Positions 20,101 through 33,600 of a stretch of 64,000 bases of DNA are shown in pieces. The translations under genes and the position numbers were made by a program. Source of the DNA: Yuukianura sp. NJ FZ-2021 (taxonomy: Eukaryota); assembly GCA_046563655.1 (NCBI GenBank), contig JAJCTO010000017.1, positions 62,001 through 126,000 of the forward strand, given 5' to 3'. Positions within the stretch are counted from its first letter, which is position 1. Each line of letters opens with the position of its first letter. Under the pieces are notes generated by a model. The model saw only the letters and a list, made by a program, of their open reading frames with translations. It did not search any database and was not told where the DNA came from.

Positions 20101-23100
20101 TTTTTGGTGAGTTTTAAATGAAAAAAATGGATTTTTCGGAGAAAAATTGAGCGTGGAACACCTCAGATGGGCTTTCAGAAGCATAATTTCGGTTTGCAAT
20201 TTTGACTCCTCAGATAGCCCAGAATGACTTTTTGGTGAGTTTTAAATGAAAAAAATGGATTTTTCAGAGAAAAATTTAGCTTGGAACACTTCAGATTGGC
20301 TTTCACAAGCATAATTTTGGTTTGCAATTTTCACTCCTCAGATAGCCCTGAATGACTTTTTTGTGAGTTTTAAATGAAAAAAATGGATTTTTCGGAGAAA
20401 AATTGAGCTTGGAACACTTCAGATGGGCTTTCAGAAGCATAATTTCGGTTTGCAATTTTAACTCCTCAGATAGCCCAGAATGACTTTTTGAAGAGTATTT
20501 AATGAAAAAAATGATTTTTTTGGTGAAAAATTGAGTCTGGAACACTTCAGATGGGCTTTCACAAGCATAATTTCGGTTTGCAGTTTTGACTCCTCAGATA
20601 GCCCAGAATGACCTTTTGAAGAGTATTTAATGAAAAAAAATGATTTTTTGGTGAAAAATTGAGTCTGGAACACTTCAGATGGGCTTTCACAAGCATAATT
20701 TCGGTTTGCAATTTTGACTCCTCAGATAGCCCAGAATGACTTTTTGGTGAGTTTTAAATGAAAAAAAAATGGATTTTTCAGAGAAAAATTTAGCTTGGAA
20801 CACTTCAGATTGGCTTTCACAAGCATAATTTTGGTTTGCAATTTTCACTCCTCAGATAGCCCTGAATGACTTTTTGGTGAGTTTTAAATGAAAAAAATGG
20901 ATTTTTCGGAGAAAAATTGAGCTTGGAACACTTCAGATGGGCTTTCAGAAGCATAATTTCGGTTTGCAATTTTGACTCCTCAGATAGCCCAGAATGACTT
21001 TTTGAGGAGTATTTAATGAAAAAAATAATTTTTTTGGTGAAAAATTGAGTCTGGAACACTTCAGATGGGCTTTCACAAGCATAATTTCGGTTTGCAGTTT
21101 TGACTCCTCAGATAGCCCAGAATGACCTTTTGAAGAGTATTTAATGAAAAAAAATGATTTTTTGGTGAAAAATTGAGTCTGGAACACTTCAGATGGGCTT
21201 TCACAAGCATAATTTCGGTTTGCAATTTTGACTCCTCAGATAGCCCAGAATGACTTTTTGGTGAGTTTTAAATGAAAAAAATGGATTTTTCGGAGAAAAA
21301 GTGAGCGTGGAACACTTCAGATGGGCTTTCACAAGCATAATTTCGTTTTGCAATTTTGACATCTCAGATAGCCCAGAATGACTTTTTGAAGAGTATTTAA
21401 TGAAAAAAATGATTTTTTGGTGAAAAATTGAGTCTGGAACACTTCAGATGGGCTTTCACAAGCATAATTTCGGTTTGCAATTTTGACTCCTCAGATAGCC
21501 CAGAATGACTTTTTGGTGAGTTTTAAATGAAAAAAATGGATTTTTCGGAGAAAAAGTGAGCGTGGAACACTTCAGATGGGCTTTCAGAAGCATAATTTCG
21601 GTTTGCAATTTTGACTCCTCAGATAGCCCAGAATGACTTTTTGGTGAGTTTTAAATGAAAAAAAATGGATTTTTCGGAGAAAAATTTAGCTTGGAACACT
21701 TCAGATTGGCTTTCACAAGCATAATTTCGGTTTGCAATTTTGACTCCTCAGATAGCCCTGAATGACTTTTTTGTGAGTTTTAAATGAAAAAAAATGGATT
21801 TTTCGGAGAAAATTGAGCTTGGAACACTTCAGATGGGCTTTCAGAAGCATAATTTCGGTTTGCAATTTTGACTCCTCAGATAGCCCAGAATGACTTTTTG
21901 AGGAGTATTGAATGAAAAAAATGATTTTTTAGTGAAAAATTGAGTCTGGAACACTTCAGATGGGCTTTCACAAGCATAATTTCGGTTTGCAGTTTTGACT
22001 CCTCAGATAGCCCAGAATGACTTTTTGGTGAGTTTTAAATGAAAAAAATGGATTTTACGGAGAAAAATTGAGCTTGGAACACTTCAGATGGGCTTTCACA
22101 AGCATAATTTCGTTTTGCAATTTTGACAACTCAGATAGCCCAGAATTACTTTTTGAAGAGTATTTAATGAAAAAAATGATTTTTTGGTGAAAAATTGAGT
22201 CTGGAACACTTCAGATGGGCTTTCACAAGCATAATTTCGGTTTGCAATTTTGACTCCTCAGATAGCCCAGAATGACTTTTTGGTGAGTTTTAAATAAAAA
22301 AATGGATTTCACGAAGAAAATTGAGCTTGGAACACTTCAGATGGGCTTTCACAAGCATAATTTCGGTTTGCAATTTTGACATCTCAGATAGCCCAGAATG
22401 ACTTTTTGAAGAGTATTTAATGAAAAAAATGATTTTTTGGTGAAAAATTGAGCTTGGAACACTTCAGATGGGCTTTCAGAAGCATAATTTCGGTTTGCAA
22501 TTTTGACTCCTCAGATAGCCCAGAATGACCTTTTGAAGAGTATTTAATGAAGAAAATGATTTTTTGGTGAAAAATTGAGCTTGGAACACTTCAGATGGGC
22601 TTTCAGAAGCATAATTTCGGTTTGCAATTTTGACTCCTCAGATAGCCCAGAATGACCTTTTGAAGAGTATTTAATGAAAAAAATGATTTTTTGGTGAAAA
22701 ATTGAGTCTGGAACACTTCAGATGGGCTTTCACAAGCATTATTTTGGTTTGCAATTTTGACTCCTCAGATAGCCCAGAATGACTTTTTGGTGAGTTTTAA
22801 ATGAAAAAAATGGATTTTTCGGAGAAAAATTGAGCTTGGAACACTTCAGATTGGCTTTCACAAGCATAAATTCGGTTTGCAATTTTGACTCCTCAGATAG
22901 CCCAGAATGACTTTTTGGTGAGTTTTAAATGAAAAAAATTGGTTTTTCGGAGAAAAATTGAGCTTGGAACACTTCAGATTGGGCTTTCAGAAGCATAGTA
23001 TCGGTTTGAAATTTTCACTTCTCAGATAGCCCAGAATGACTTTTTTGTGAGTTTTAAATGAAAAAAATGGATTTTTCGGAGAAAAATTGAGCTTGGAACA

Positions 23101-26100
23101 CTTCAGATGGGCTTTCAGAAGCATAATTTCGGTTTGCAATTTTGACTCCTCAGATAGCCCAGAATGACATTTTTGGTGAGTTATAAATGAAAAAAATGGA
23201 TTTTTCGGAGAAAAATTGAGCTTGGAACACTTCAGATGGGCTTTCACAAGCATAATTTCGGTTTGCAATTTTGACATCTCAGATAGCCCAGAATGACTTT
23301 TTGAAGAGTATTTAATGAAAAAAAATGATTTTTTGGTGAAAAATTGAGTCTGGAACACTTCAGATGGGCTTTCACAAGCATAATTTCGGTTTGCAGTTTT
23401 GACTCCTCAGATAGCCCAGAATGACTTTTTGGTGAGTTTTAAATGAAAAAAATGGATTTTTCCGAGAAAAATTGAACGTGGAACACTTCAGATGGGCTTT
23501 CACAAGCATAATTTCGTTTTGCAATTTTGACATCTCAGATAGCCCAGAATGACTTTTTGAAGAGTATTTAATGAAAAAAATGATTTTTTGGTGAAAAATT
23601 GAGTCTGCAACACTTCAGATGGGCTTTCACAAGCATAATTTCGGTTTGCAATTTTGACTCCTCAGATAGCCCAGAATGACTTTTTGGTGAGTTTTAAATG
23701 AAAAAAATGGATTTTACGGAGCAAAATTGAGCTTGGAACACTTCAGATGGGCTTTCAGAAGCATAATTTCGGTTTGCAATTTTGACTCCTCAGATAGCCC
23801 AGAATGACTTTTTGGTGAGTTTTAAATGAAAAAAAAAATGGATTTTTCCGAGAAAAATTTAGCTTGGAACACTTCAGATTGGCTTTCACAAGCATAATTT
23901 TGGTTTGCAATTTTAACTCCTCAGATAGCCAAGAATGACCTTTTTGTGAGTTTTAAATGAAAAAAAAATGGATTTTTCGGAGAAAAATTGAGCTTGGAAC
24001 ACTTCAGATGGGCTTTCAGAAGCATAATTTCGGTTTGCAATTTTGACTCCTCAGATAGCCCAGAATGACTTTTTGAAGAGTATTTAATGAAAAAAATGAT
24101 TTTTTGGTGAAAAATTGAGTCTGGAACACTTCAGATGGGCTTTCACAAGCATTATTTCGGTTTGCAATTTTGACTCCTCAGATAGCCCAGAATGACTTTT
24201 TGGTGAGTTTTAAATGAAAAAAATGGATTTTTCGGGGAAAAATTGAGCTTGGAACACTTCAGATGGGCTTTCACAAGCATAATTTCGGTTTGCAATTTTG
24301 ACTCCTCAGATAGCCCAGAATTACTTTTTGAAGAGTATTTAATGAAAAAAATGATTTTTTGGTGAAAAATTGAGTCTGGAACACTTCAGATGGGCTTTCA
24401 CAAGCATAATTTCGGTTTGCAATTTTGACTCCTCAGATAGCCCAGAATGACTTTTTGGTGAGTTTTAAATGAAAAAAATGGATTTTACGGAGAAAAATTG
24501 AGCTTGGAACACTTCAGATGGGCTTTCACAAGCATAATTTCGGTTTGCAATTTTGACATCTCAGATAGCCCAGAATGACTTTTTGAAGAGTATTTAATGA
24601 AAAAAAAATGATTTTTTGGTGAAAAATTGAGTCTGGAACACTTCAGATGGGCTTTCACAAGCATAATTTCGGTTTGCAGTTTTGACTCCTCAGATAGCCC
24701 AGAATGACTTTTTGGTGAGTTTTAAATGAAAAAAATGGATTTTACGGAGAAAAATTGAGCTTGGAACACTTCAGATGGGCTTTCAGAAGCATAATTTCGG
24801 TTTGCAATTTTGACTCCTCAGATAGCCCAGAATGACCTTTTGAAGAGTATTTAATGAAAAAAATGATTTTTTGGTGAAAAATTGAGTCTGGAACACTTCA
24901 GATGGGCTTTCACAAGCATTAATTTCGGTTTGCAGTTTTGACTCCTCAGATAGCCCAGAATGACTTTTTGGTGAGTTATAAATGAGAAAAATGGATTTCT
25001 CGAAGAAAATTGAGCTTGGAACACTTCAGATGGGCTTTCACAAGCATAATTTCGGTTTTGCAATTTTGACATCTCAGATAGCCCAGAATGACTTTTTGAA
25101 GAGTATTTAATGAAAAAAATGATTTTTTGGTGAAAAATTGAACTTGGAACACTTCAGATGGGCTTTCAGAAGCATAATTTCGGTTTGCAATTTTGACTCC
25201 TCAGATAGCCCAGAATGACCTTTTGAAGAGTATTTAATGAAAAAAATGATTTTTTGGTGAAAAATTGAGCTTGGAACACTTCAGATGGGCTTTCACAAGC
25301 ATAATTTCGGTTTGCAGTTTTGACTCCTCAGATAGCCCAGAATGACTTTTTGGTGAGTTTTAAATGAAAAAAATGGATTTTACGGAGAAAAATTGAGCTT
25401 GGAACACTTCAGATGGGCTTTCAGAAGCATAATTTCGGTTTGCAATTTTGACTCCTCAGATAGCCCAGAATGACCTTTTGAAGAGTATTTAATGAAAAAA
25501 ATGATTTTTTGGTGAAAAATTGAGTCTGGAACACTTCAGATGGGCTTTCACAAGCATTATTTCGGTTTGCAATTTTGACTCCTCAGATAGCCCAGAATGA
25601 CTTTTTGGTGAGTTTTAAATGAAAAAAATGGATTTTTCGGGGAAAAATTGAGCTTGGAACACTTCAGATGGGCTTTCACAAGCATAATTTCGGTTTGCAA
25701 TTTTGACTCCTCAGATAGCCCAGAATGACTTTTTGAAGAGTATTTAATGAAAAAAATGATTTTTTGGTGAAAAATTGAGTCTGGAACACTTCAGATGGGC
25801 TTTCACAAGCATAATTTCGGTTTGCAGTTTTGACTCCTCAGATAGCCCAGAATGACTTTTTGGTGAGTTTTAAATGAAAAAATGGATTTTACGGAGAAAA
25901 ATTGAGCTTGGAACACTTCAGATGGGCTTTCACAAGCATAATTTCGTTTTGCAATTTTGACAACTCAGATAGCCCAGAATTACTTTTTGGAGAGTATTTA
26001 ATGAAAAAAAAAATGATTTTTCGGTGAAAAATTGAGTCTGGAACACTTCAGATGGGCTTTCACAAGCATAATTTCGGTTTGCAGTTTTGACTCCTCAGAT

Positions 26101-27125
26101 AGCCCAGAATGACTTTTTGGTGAGTTTTAAATGAAAAAAATGGATTTTACGGAGAAAAATTGAGCTTGGAACACTTCAGATGGGCTTTCAGAAGCATAAT
26201 TTCGGTTTGCAATTTTGACTCCTCAGATAGCCCAGAATGACCTTTTGAAGAGTATTTAATGAAAAAAATGATTTTTTGGTGAAAAATTGAGTCTGGAACA
26301 CTTCAGATGGGCTTTCACAAGCATAATTTCGGTTTGCAGTTTTGACTCCTCAGATAGCCCAGAATGACTTTTTGGTGAGTTTTAAATAAAAAAAATGGAT
26401 TTCTCGAAGAAAATTGAGCTTGGAACACTTCAGATGGGCTTTCACAAGCATAATTTCGTTTTGCAATTTTGACATCTCAGATAGCCCAGAATGACTTTTT
26501 GAAGAGTATTTAATGAAAAAAATGATTTTTTGGTGAAAAATTGAACTTGGAACACTTCAGATGGGCTTTCAGAAGCATAATTTCGGTTTGCAATGTTGAC
26601 TCCTCAGATAGCCCAGAATGACCTTTTGAAGAGTATTTAATGAAAAAAATGATTTTTTGGTGAAAAATTGAGCTTGGAACACTTCAGATTGGCTTTCACA
26701 AGCATAATTTGGGTTTGCAATTTTCACTCCTCAGATAGCCCTGAATGACTTTTTTGTGAGTTTTAAATGAAAAAAATGGATTTTTCGGAGAAAAATTGAG
26801 CTTGGAACACTTCAGATGGGCTTTCAGAAGCATAATTTCGGTTTGCAATTTTGACTCCTCAGATAGCCCAGAATGACCTTTTTGTGAGTTTTAAATGAAA
26901 AATGGATTTTTCGGAGAAAAATTGAGCTTGGAACACTTCAGATGGGCTTTCAGAAGCATAATTTCGGTTTGCAATTTTAACTCCTCAGATAGCCCAGAAT
27001 TACTTTTTGAAGAGTATTTAATGAAAAAAAATGATTTTTTGGTGAAAAATTGAGTCTGGAACACTTCAGATGGGCTTTCACAAGCATAATTTCGGTTTGC
27101 AGTTTTGACTCCTCAGATAGCCCAG
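17194..27125. repeat. 128-bp satellite array (continued)
   Basis: Uninterrupted monomers with local multi-monomer duplications. Confidence 0.98.
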
Positions 27126-27627
27126 TGTAGAATATAGCGCTAACCAACTACCCGTCGATTACGCCACATCAATTCTGTAATACAGTTCTGTAACTTGGCC
27201 GGCTCTCAAACGCTGCTTAATGGACTGATCGATTGGGCTGTGGTGTTGTTAGTTTTACTGGTTTATTAATACTCTTTACCAATTAAATCCAATTATTGAC
27301 AACTTAGAAACTTAAAACGAGATGTTGTCTCTTCAAAGTCTGAATCTTGTCTTTTTCTATACTTAAACTTATGGGAACACACAAAAAGGGAAGGGAGACC
27401 AAAAGGCAGAATAGCCGGAGGACAGACGCGGACGCTATCCCTCGCACCCTATCTCCACCCACTACTCAGAAACGCGACTTGTGGCGAAGCTATAACTTAT
27501 AAGGGGAACACAAAACACTTAAACCTATAAGTACACAAAGTCTCATGAAAAACTAGCCTTTCGTTTTTAAAGGGCGGGAGCTTAAACTTAAACATAAGAA
27601 AAATATAAATAACCCAATTATCCTACA
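27126..27627. mobile_element. Solo LTR (502 bp) of an unidentified LTR retrotransposon
   Basis: TGTAG...CTACA termini, 5-bp TSD CCCAG (27121-27125 and 27628-27632), no ORF, not similar to the other LTRs in the window. Confidence 0.85.
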
Positions 27628-30600
27628 CCCAGAATGACTTTTTGGTGAGTTTTAAATGAAAAAAATGGATTTTACGGAGAAAAATTGAGCTTGGAACACT
27701 TCAGATGGGCTTTCACAAGCATAATTTCGGTTTGCAATTTTGACAACTCAGATAGCCCAGAATGACTTTTTGAAGAGTATTTAATGAAAAAAATGATTTT
27801 TTGGTGAAAAATTGAGTCTGGAACACTTCAGATGGGCTTTCACAAGCATAATTTCGGTTTGCAATTTTGACTCCTCAGATAGCCCAGAATGACCTTTTGG
27901 TGAGTTTTAAATAAAAAAAAATGGATTTCTCGAAGAAAATTGAGCTTGGAACACTTCAGATGGGCTTTCAGAAGCATAATTTCGGTTTGCAATTTTGACT
28001 CCTCAGATAGCCCAGAATGACCTTTTGAAGAGTATTTAATGAAGAAAATGATTTTTTGGTGAAAAATTGAGCTTGGAACACTTCAGATGGGCTTTCAGAA
28101 GCATAATTTCGGTTTGCAATTTTGACTCCTCAGATAGCCCAGAATGACCTTTTGAAGAGTATTTAATGAAAAAAATGATTTTTTGGTGAAAAATTGAGTC
28201 TGGAACACTTCAGATGGGCTTTCACAAGCATTAATTTCGGTTTGCAATTTTGACTCCTCAGATAGCCCAGAATGACTTTTTGGTGAGTTTTAAATGAAAA
28301 AAATGGATTTTTCGGAGAAAAATTGAGCTTGGAACACTTCAGATGGGCTTTCACAAGCATAATTTCGGTTTGCAATTTTGACTCCTCAGATAGCCCAGAA
28401 TGACTTTTTGGTGAGTTGTAGATGAAAAAAATGGATTTTTCAGAGAAAAATTTAGCTTGGAACACTTCAGATTGGCTTTCACAAGCATAATTTGGGTTTG
28501 CAATTTTCACTTCTCAGATAGCCCTGAATGACTTTTTTGTGAGTTTTAAATGAAAAAAAAATGGATTTTTCGGAGAAAAATTGAGCTTGGAACACTTCAG
28601 ATGGGCTTTCAGAAGCATAATTTCGGTTTGCAATTTTGACTCCTCAGATAGCCCAGAATGACCTTTTTGTGAGTTTTAAATGAAAAAAAAATGGATTTTT
28701 CGGAGAAAAATTGACCTTGGAACACTTCAGATGGGCTTTCAGAAGCATAATTTCGGTTTGCAATTTTGACTCCTCAGATAGCCCAGAATGACTTTTTGAA
28801 GAGTATTTAATGAAAAAAATGATTTTTTGGTGAAAAATTGAGTCTGGAACACTTCAGATGGGCTTTCACAAGCATAATTTCGGTTTGCAGTTTTGACTCC
28901 TCAGATAGCCCAGAATGACTTTTTGGTGAGTTTTAAATGAAAAAAATAGATTTTACGGAGAAAAATTGAGCTTGGAACACTTCAGATGGGCTTTCACAAG
29001 CATAATTTCGTTTTGCAATTTTGACAACTCAGATAGCCCAGAATTACTTTTTGAAGAGTATTTAATGAAAAAAATGATTTTTTGGTGAAAAATTGAGTCT
29101 GGAACACTTCAGATGGGCTTTCACAAGCATAATTTCGGTTTGCAATTTTGACTCCTCAGATAGCCCAGAATGACTTTTTGGTGAGTTTTAAATAAAAAAA
29201 AAATGGATTTCTCGAAGAAAATTGAGCTTGGAACACTTCAGATGGGCTTTCACAAGCATAATTTCGTTTTGCAATTTTGACATCTCAGATAGCCCAGAAT
29301 GACTTTTTGAAGAGTATTTAATGAAAAAAATGATTTTTTGGTGAAAAATTGAGTCTGGAACACTTCAGATGGGCTTTCAGAAGCATAATTTCGGTTTGCA
29401 ATTTTGACTCCTCAGATAGCCCAGAATGACCTTTTGGTGAGTTTTAAATTAAAAAAAATGGATTTTTCGGAGAAAAATTGAGCTTGGAACACTTCAGATG
29501 GGCTTTCACAAGCATAATTTCGGTTTGCAATTTTGACATCTCAGATAGCCCAGAATGACTTTTTGAAGAGTATTTAATGAAAAAAATGATTTTTTGGTGA
29601 AAAATTGAGTCTGGAACACTTCAGATGGGCTTTCACAAGCATAATTTCGGTTTGCAGTTTTGACTCCTCAGATAGCCCAGAATGACTTTTTGGTGAGTTT
29701 TAAATGAAAAAAAAATGGATTTTTCGGAGAAAAATTGAGCTTGGGACACTTCAGATGGGCTTTCACAAGCATAATTTCGGTTTGCAATTTTGACATCTCA
29801 GATAGCCCAGAATGACTTTTTGAAGAGTATTTAATGAAAAAAATAATTTTTTGGTGAAAAATTGAGCTTGGAACACTTCAGATGGGCTTTCAGAAGCATA
29901 ATTTCGGTTTGCAATTTTGACTCCTCAGATAGCCCAGAATGACTTTTTTGTGAGTTTTAAATGAAAAAAAATGGATTTCGCGAGGAAAATTGAGCTTGGA
30001 ACACTTCAGATGGGCTTTCACAAGCATAATTTCGGTTTGCAATTTTGACATCTCAGATAGCCCAGAATGACTTTTTGAAGAGTATTTAATGAAAAAAATG
30101 ATTTTTTGGTGAAAAATTGAGTCTGGAACACTTCAGATGGGCTTTCACAAGCATAATTTCGGTTTGCAATTTTGACTCCTCAGATAGCCCAGAATGACTT
30201 TTTGGTGAGTTTTAAATGAAAAAAAAATGGATTTTTCGGAGAAAAAGTGGAACACTTCAGATGGGCTTTCACAAGCATAATTTCGGTTTGCAATTTTGAC
30301 ATCTCAGATAGCCCAGAATGACTTTTTGAAGAGTATTTAATGAAAAAAATGATTTTTTGGTGAAAAATTGAGTCTGCAACACTTCAGATGGGCTTTCACA
30401 AGCATAATTTCGGTTTGCAGTTTTGACTCCTCAGATAGCCCAGAATGACTTTTTGGTGAGTTTTAAATGAAAAAAATGGATTTTACGGAGCAAAATTGAG
30501 CTTGGAACACTTCAGATGGGCTTTCAGAAGCATAATTTCGGTTTGCAATTTTGACTCCTCAGATAGCCCAGAATGACCTTTTGGTGAGTTTTAAATAAAA

Positions 30601-33600
30601 AAAAATGGATTTCTCGAAGAAAATTGAGCTTGGAACACTTCAGATGGGCTTTCAGAAGCATAATTTCGGTTTGCAATTTTGACTCCTCAGATAGCCCAGA
30701 ATGACCTTTTGAAGAGTATTTAATGAAAAAAATGATTTTTTGGTGAAAAATTGAGCTTGGAACACTTCAGATGGGCTTTCAGAAGCATAATTTCGGTTTG
30801 CAATTTTGACTCCTCAGATAGCCCAGAATGACCTTTTGAAGAGTATTTAATGAAAAAAATGATTTTTTGGTGAAAAATTGAGCTTGGAACACTTCAGATG
30901 GGCTTTCAGAAGCATAATTTCGGTTTGCAATTTTGACTCCTCAGATAGCCCAGAATGACCTTTTGAAGAGTATTTAATGAAAAAAATGATTTTTTGGTGA
31001 AAAATTGAGTCTGGAACACTTCAGATGGGCTTTCACAAGCATTATTTCGGTTTGCAATTTTGACTCCTCAGATAGCCCAGAATGACTTTTTGGTGAGTTT
31101 TAAATGAAAAAAATGGATTTTTCCGAGAAAAATTTAGCTTGGAACACTTCAGATTGGCTTTCACAAGCATAATTTCGGTTTGCAATTTTGACTCCTCAGA
31201 TAGCCCTGAATGACTTTTTTGTGAGTTTTAAATGAAAAAAAAATGGATTTTTCGGAGAAAAATTGAGCTTGGAACACTTCAGATGGGCTTTCAGAAGCAT
31301 AACTTCGGTTTGCAATTTTGACTCCTCAGATAGCCCAGAATGACCTTTTTGTGAGTTTTAAATGAAAAAAAAAATGGATTTTTCGGAGAAAAATTGAGCT
31401 TGGAACACTTCAGATGGGCTTTCAGAAGCATAATTTCGGTTTGCAATTTTGACTCCTCAGATAGCCCAGAATGACTTTTTGAAGAGTATTTAATGAAAAA
31501 AATGATTTTTTGGTGAAAAATTGAGTCTGGAACACTTCAGATGGGCTTTCACAAGCATAATTTCGGTTTGCAATTTTGACTCCTCAGATAGCCCAGAATG
31601 ACTTTTTGGTGAGTTTTAAATGAAAAAAATAGATTTTACGGAGAAAAATTGAGCTTGGAACACTTCAGATGGGCTTTCACAAGCATAATTTCGGTTTGCA
31701 ATTTTGACTCCTCAGATAGCCCAGAATGACTTTTTGGTGAGTTTTAAATGAGAAAAATGGATTTCTCGAAGAAAATTGAGCTTGGAACACTTCAGATGGG
31801 CTTTCACAAGCATAATTTCGTTTTGCAATTTTGACATCTCAGATAGCCCAGAATGACTTTTTGAAGAGTATTTAATGAAAAAAATGATTTTTTGGTGAAA
31901 AATTGAGCTTGGAACACTTCAGATGGGCTTTCAGAAGCATAATTTCGGTTTGCAATTTTGACTCCTCAGATAGCCCAGAATGACCTTTTTGTGAGTTTTA
32001 AATGAAAAAAAAATGGATTTTTCGGAGAAAAATTGAGCTTGGAACACTTCAGATGGGCTTTCACAAGCATAATTTCGGTTTGCAATTTTGACTCCTCAGA
32101 TAGCCCAGAATGACTTTTTGAAGAGTATTTAATGAAAAAAAATGATTTTTTGGTGAAAAATTGAGTCTGGAACACTTCAGATGGGCTTTCACAAGCATAA
32201 TTTCGGTTTGCAGTTTTGACTCCTCAGATAGCCCAGAATGACTTTTTGGTGAGTTTTAAATGAAAAAAAATGGATTTTTCGGAGAAAAAGTGAACGTGGA
32301 ACACTTCAGATGGGCTTTCACAAGCATAATTTCGTTTTGCAATTTTGACATCTCAGATAGCCCAGAATGACTTTTTGAAGAGTATTTAATGAAAAAAATG
32401 ATTTTTTGGTGAAAAATTGAGTCTGCAACACTTCAGATGGGCTTTCACAAGCATAATTTCGGTTTGCAATTTTGACTCCTCAGATAGCCCAGAATGACTT
32501 TTTGGTGAGTTTTAAATGAAAAAAATGGATTTTACGGAGCAAAATTGAGCTTGGAACACTTCAGATGGGCTTTCAGAAGCATAATTTCGGTTTGCAATTT
32601 TGACTCCTCAGATAGCCCAGAATGACTTTTTGGTGAGTTTTAAATGAAAAAAAAATGGATTTTTCAGAGAAAAATTGAGCTTGGAACACTTCAGATGGGC
32701 TTTCAGAAGCATAATTTCGGTTTGCAATTTTGACTCCTCAGATAGCCCAGAATGACCTTTTTGTGAGTTATAAATGAAAAAGAGTGGATTTTTCGGAGAA
32801 AAATTGAGCTTGGAACACTTCAGATGGGCTTTCAGAAGCATAATTTCGGTTTGCAATTTTGACTCCTCAGATAGCCCAGAATGACTTTTTGGTGAGTTTT
32901 AAATGAAAAAGAATGGATTTTTCAGAGAAAAATTTAGCTTGGAACACTTCAGATGGGCTTTCACAAGCATAATTTCGGTTTGCAATTTTGACTCCTCAGA
33001 TAGCCCAGAATGACTTTTTTGTGAGTTTTAAATGAAAAAAAAATGGATTTTTCGGAGAAAAATTGAGCTTGGAACACTTCAGATGGGCTTTCAGAAGCAT
33101 AATTTCGGTTTGCAATTTTGACTCCTCAGATAGCCCAGAATGACTTTTTGAAGAGTATTTAATGAAAAAAATGATTTTTTGGTGAAAAATTGAGTCTGGA
33201 ACACTTCAGATGGGCTTTCACAAGCATAATTTCGGTTTGCAATTTTGACTCCTCAGATAGCCCAGAATGACTTTTTGGTGAGTTTTAAATGAAAAAAATG
33301 GATTTTACGGAGAAAAATTGAGCTTGGAACACTTCAGATGGGCTTTCAGAAGCATAATTTCGGTTTGCAATTTTGACTCCTCAGATAGCCCAGAATGACC
33401 TTTTGAAGAGTATTTAATGAAAAAAATGATTTTTTGGTGAAAAATTGAGTCTGGAACACTTCAGATGGGCTTTCACAAGCATAATTTCGGTTTGCAATTT
33501 TGACTCCTCAGATAGCCCAGAATGACTTTTTGGTGAGTTTTAAATGAAAAAAATGGATTTTTCGGAGAAAAATTGAGCTTGGAACACTTCAGATGGGCTT

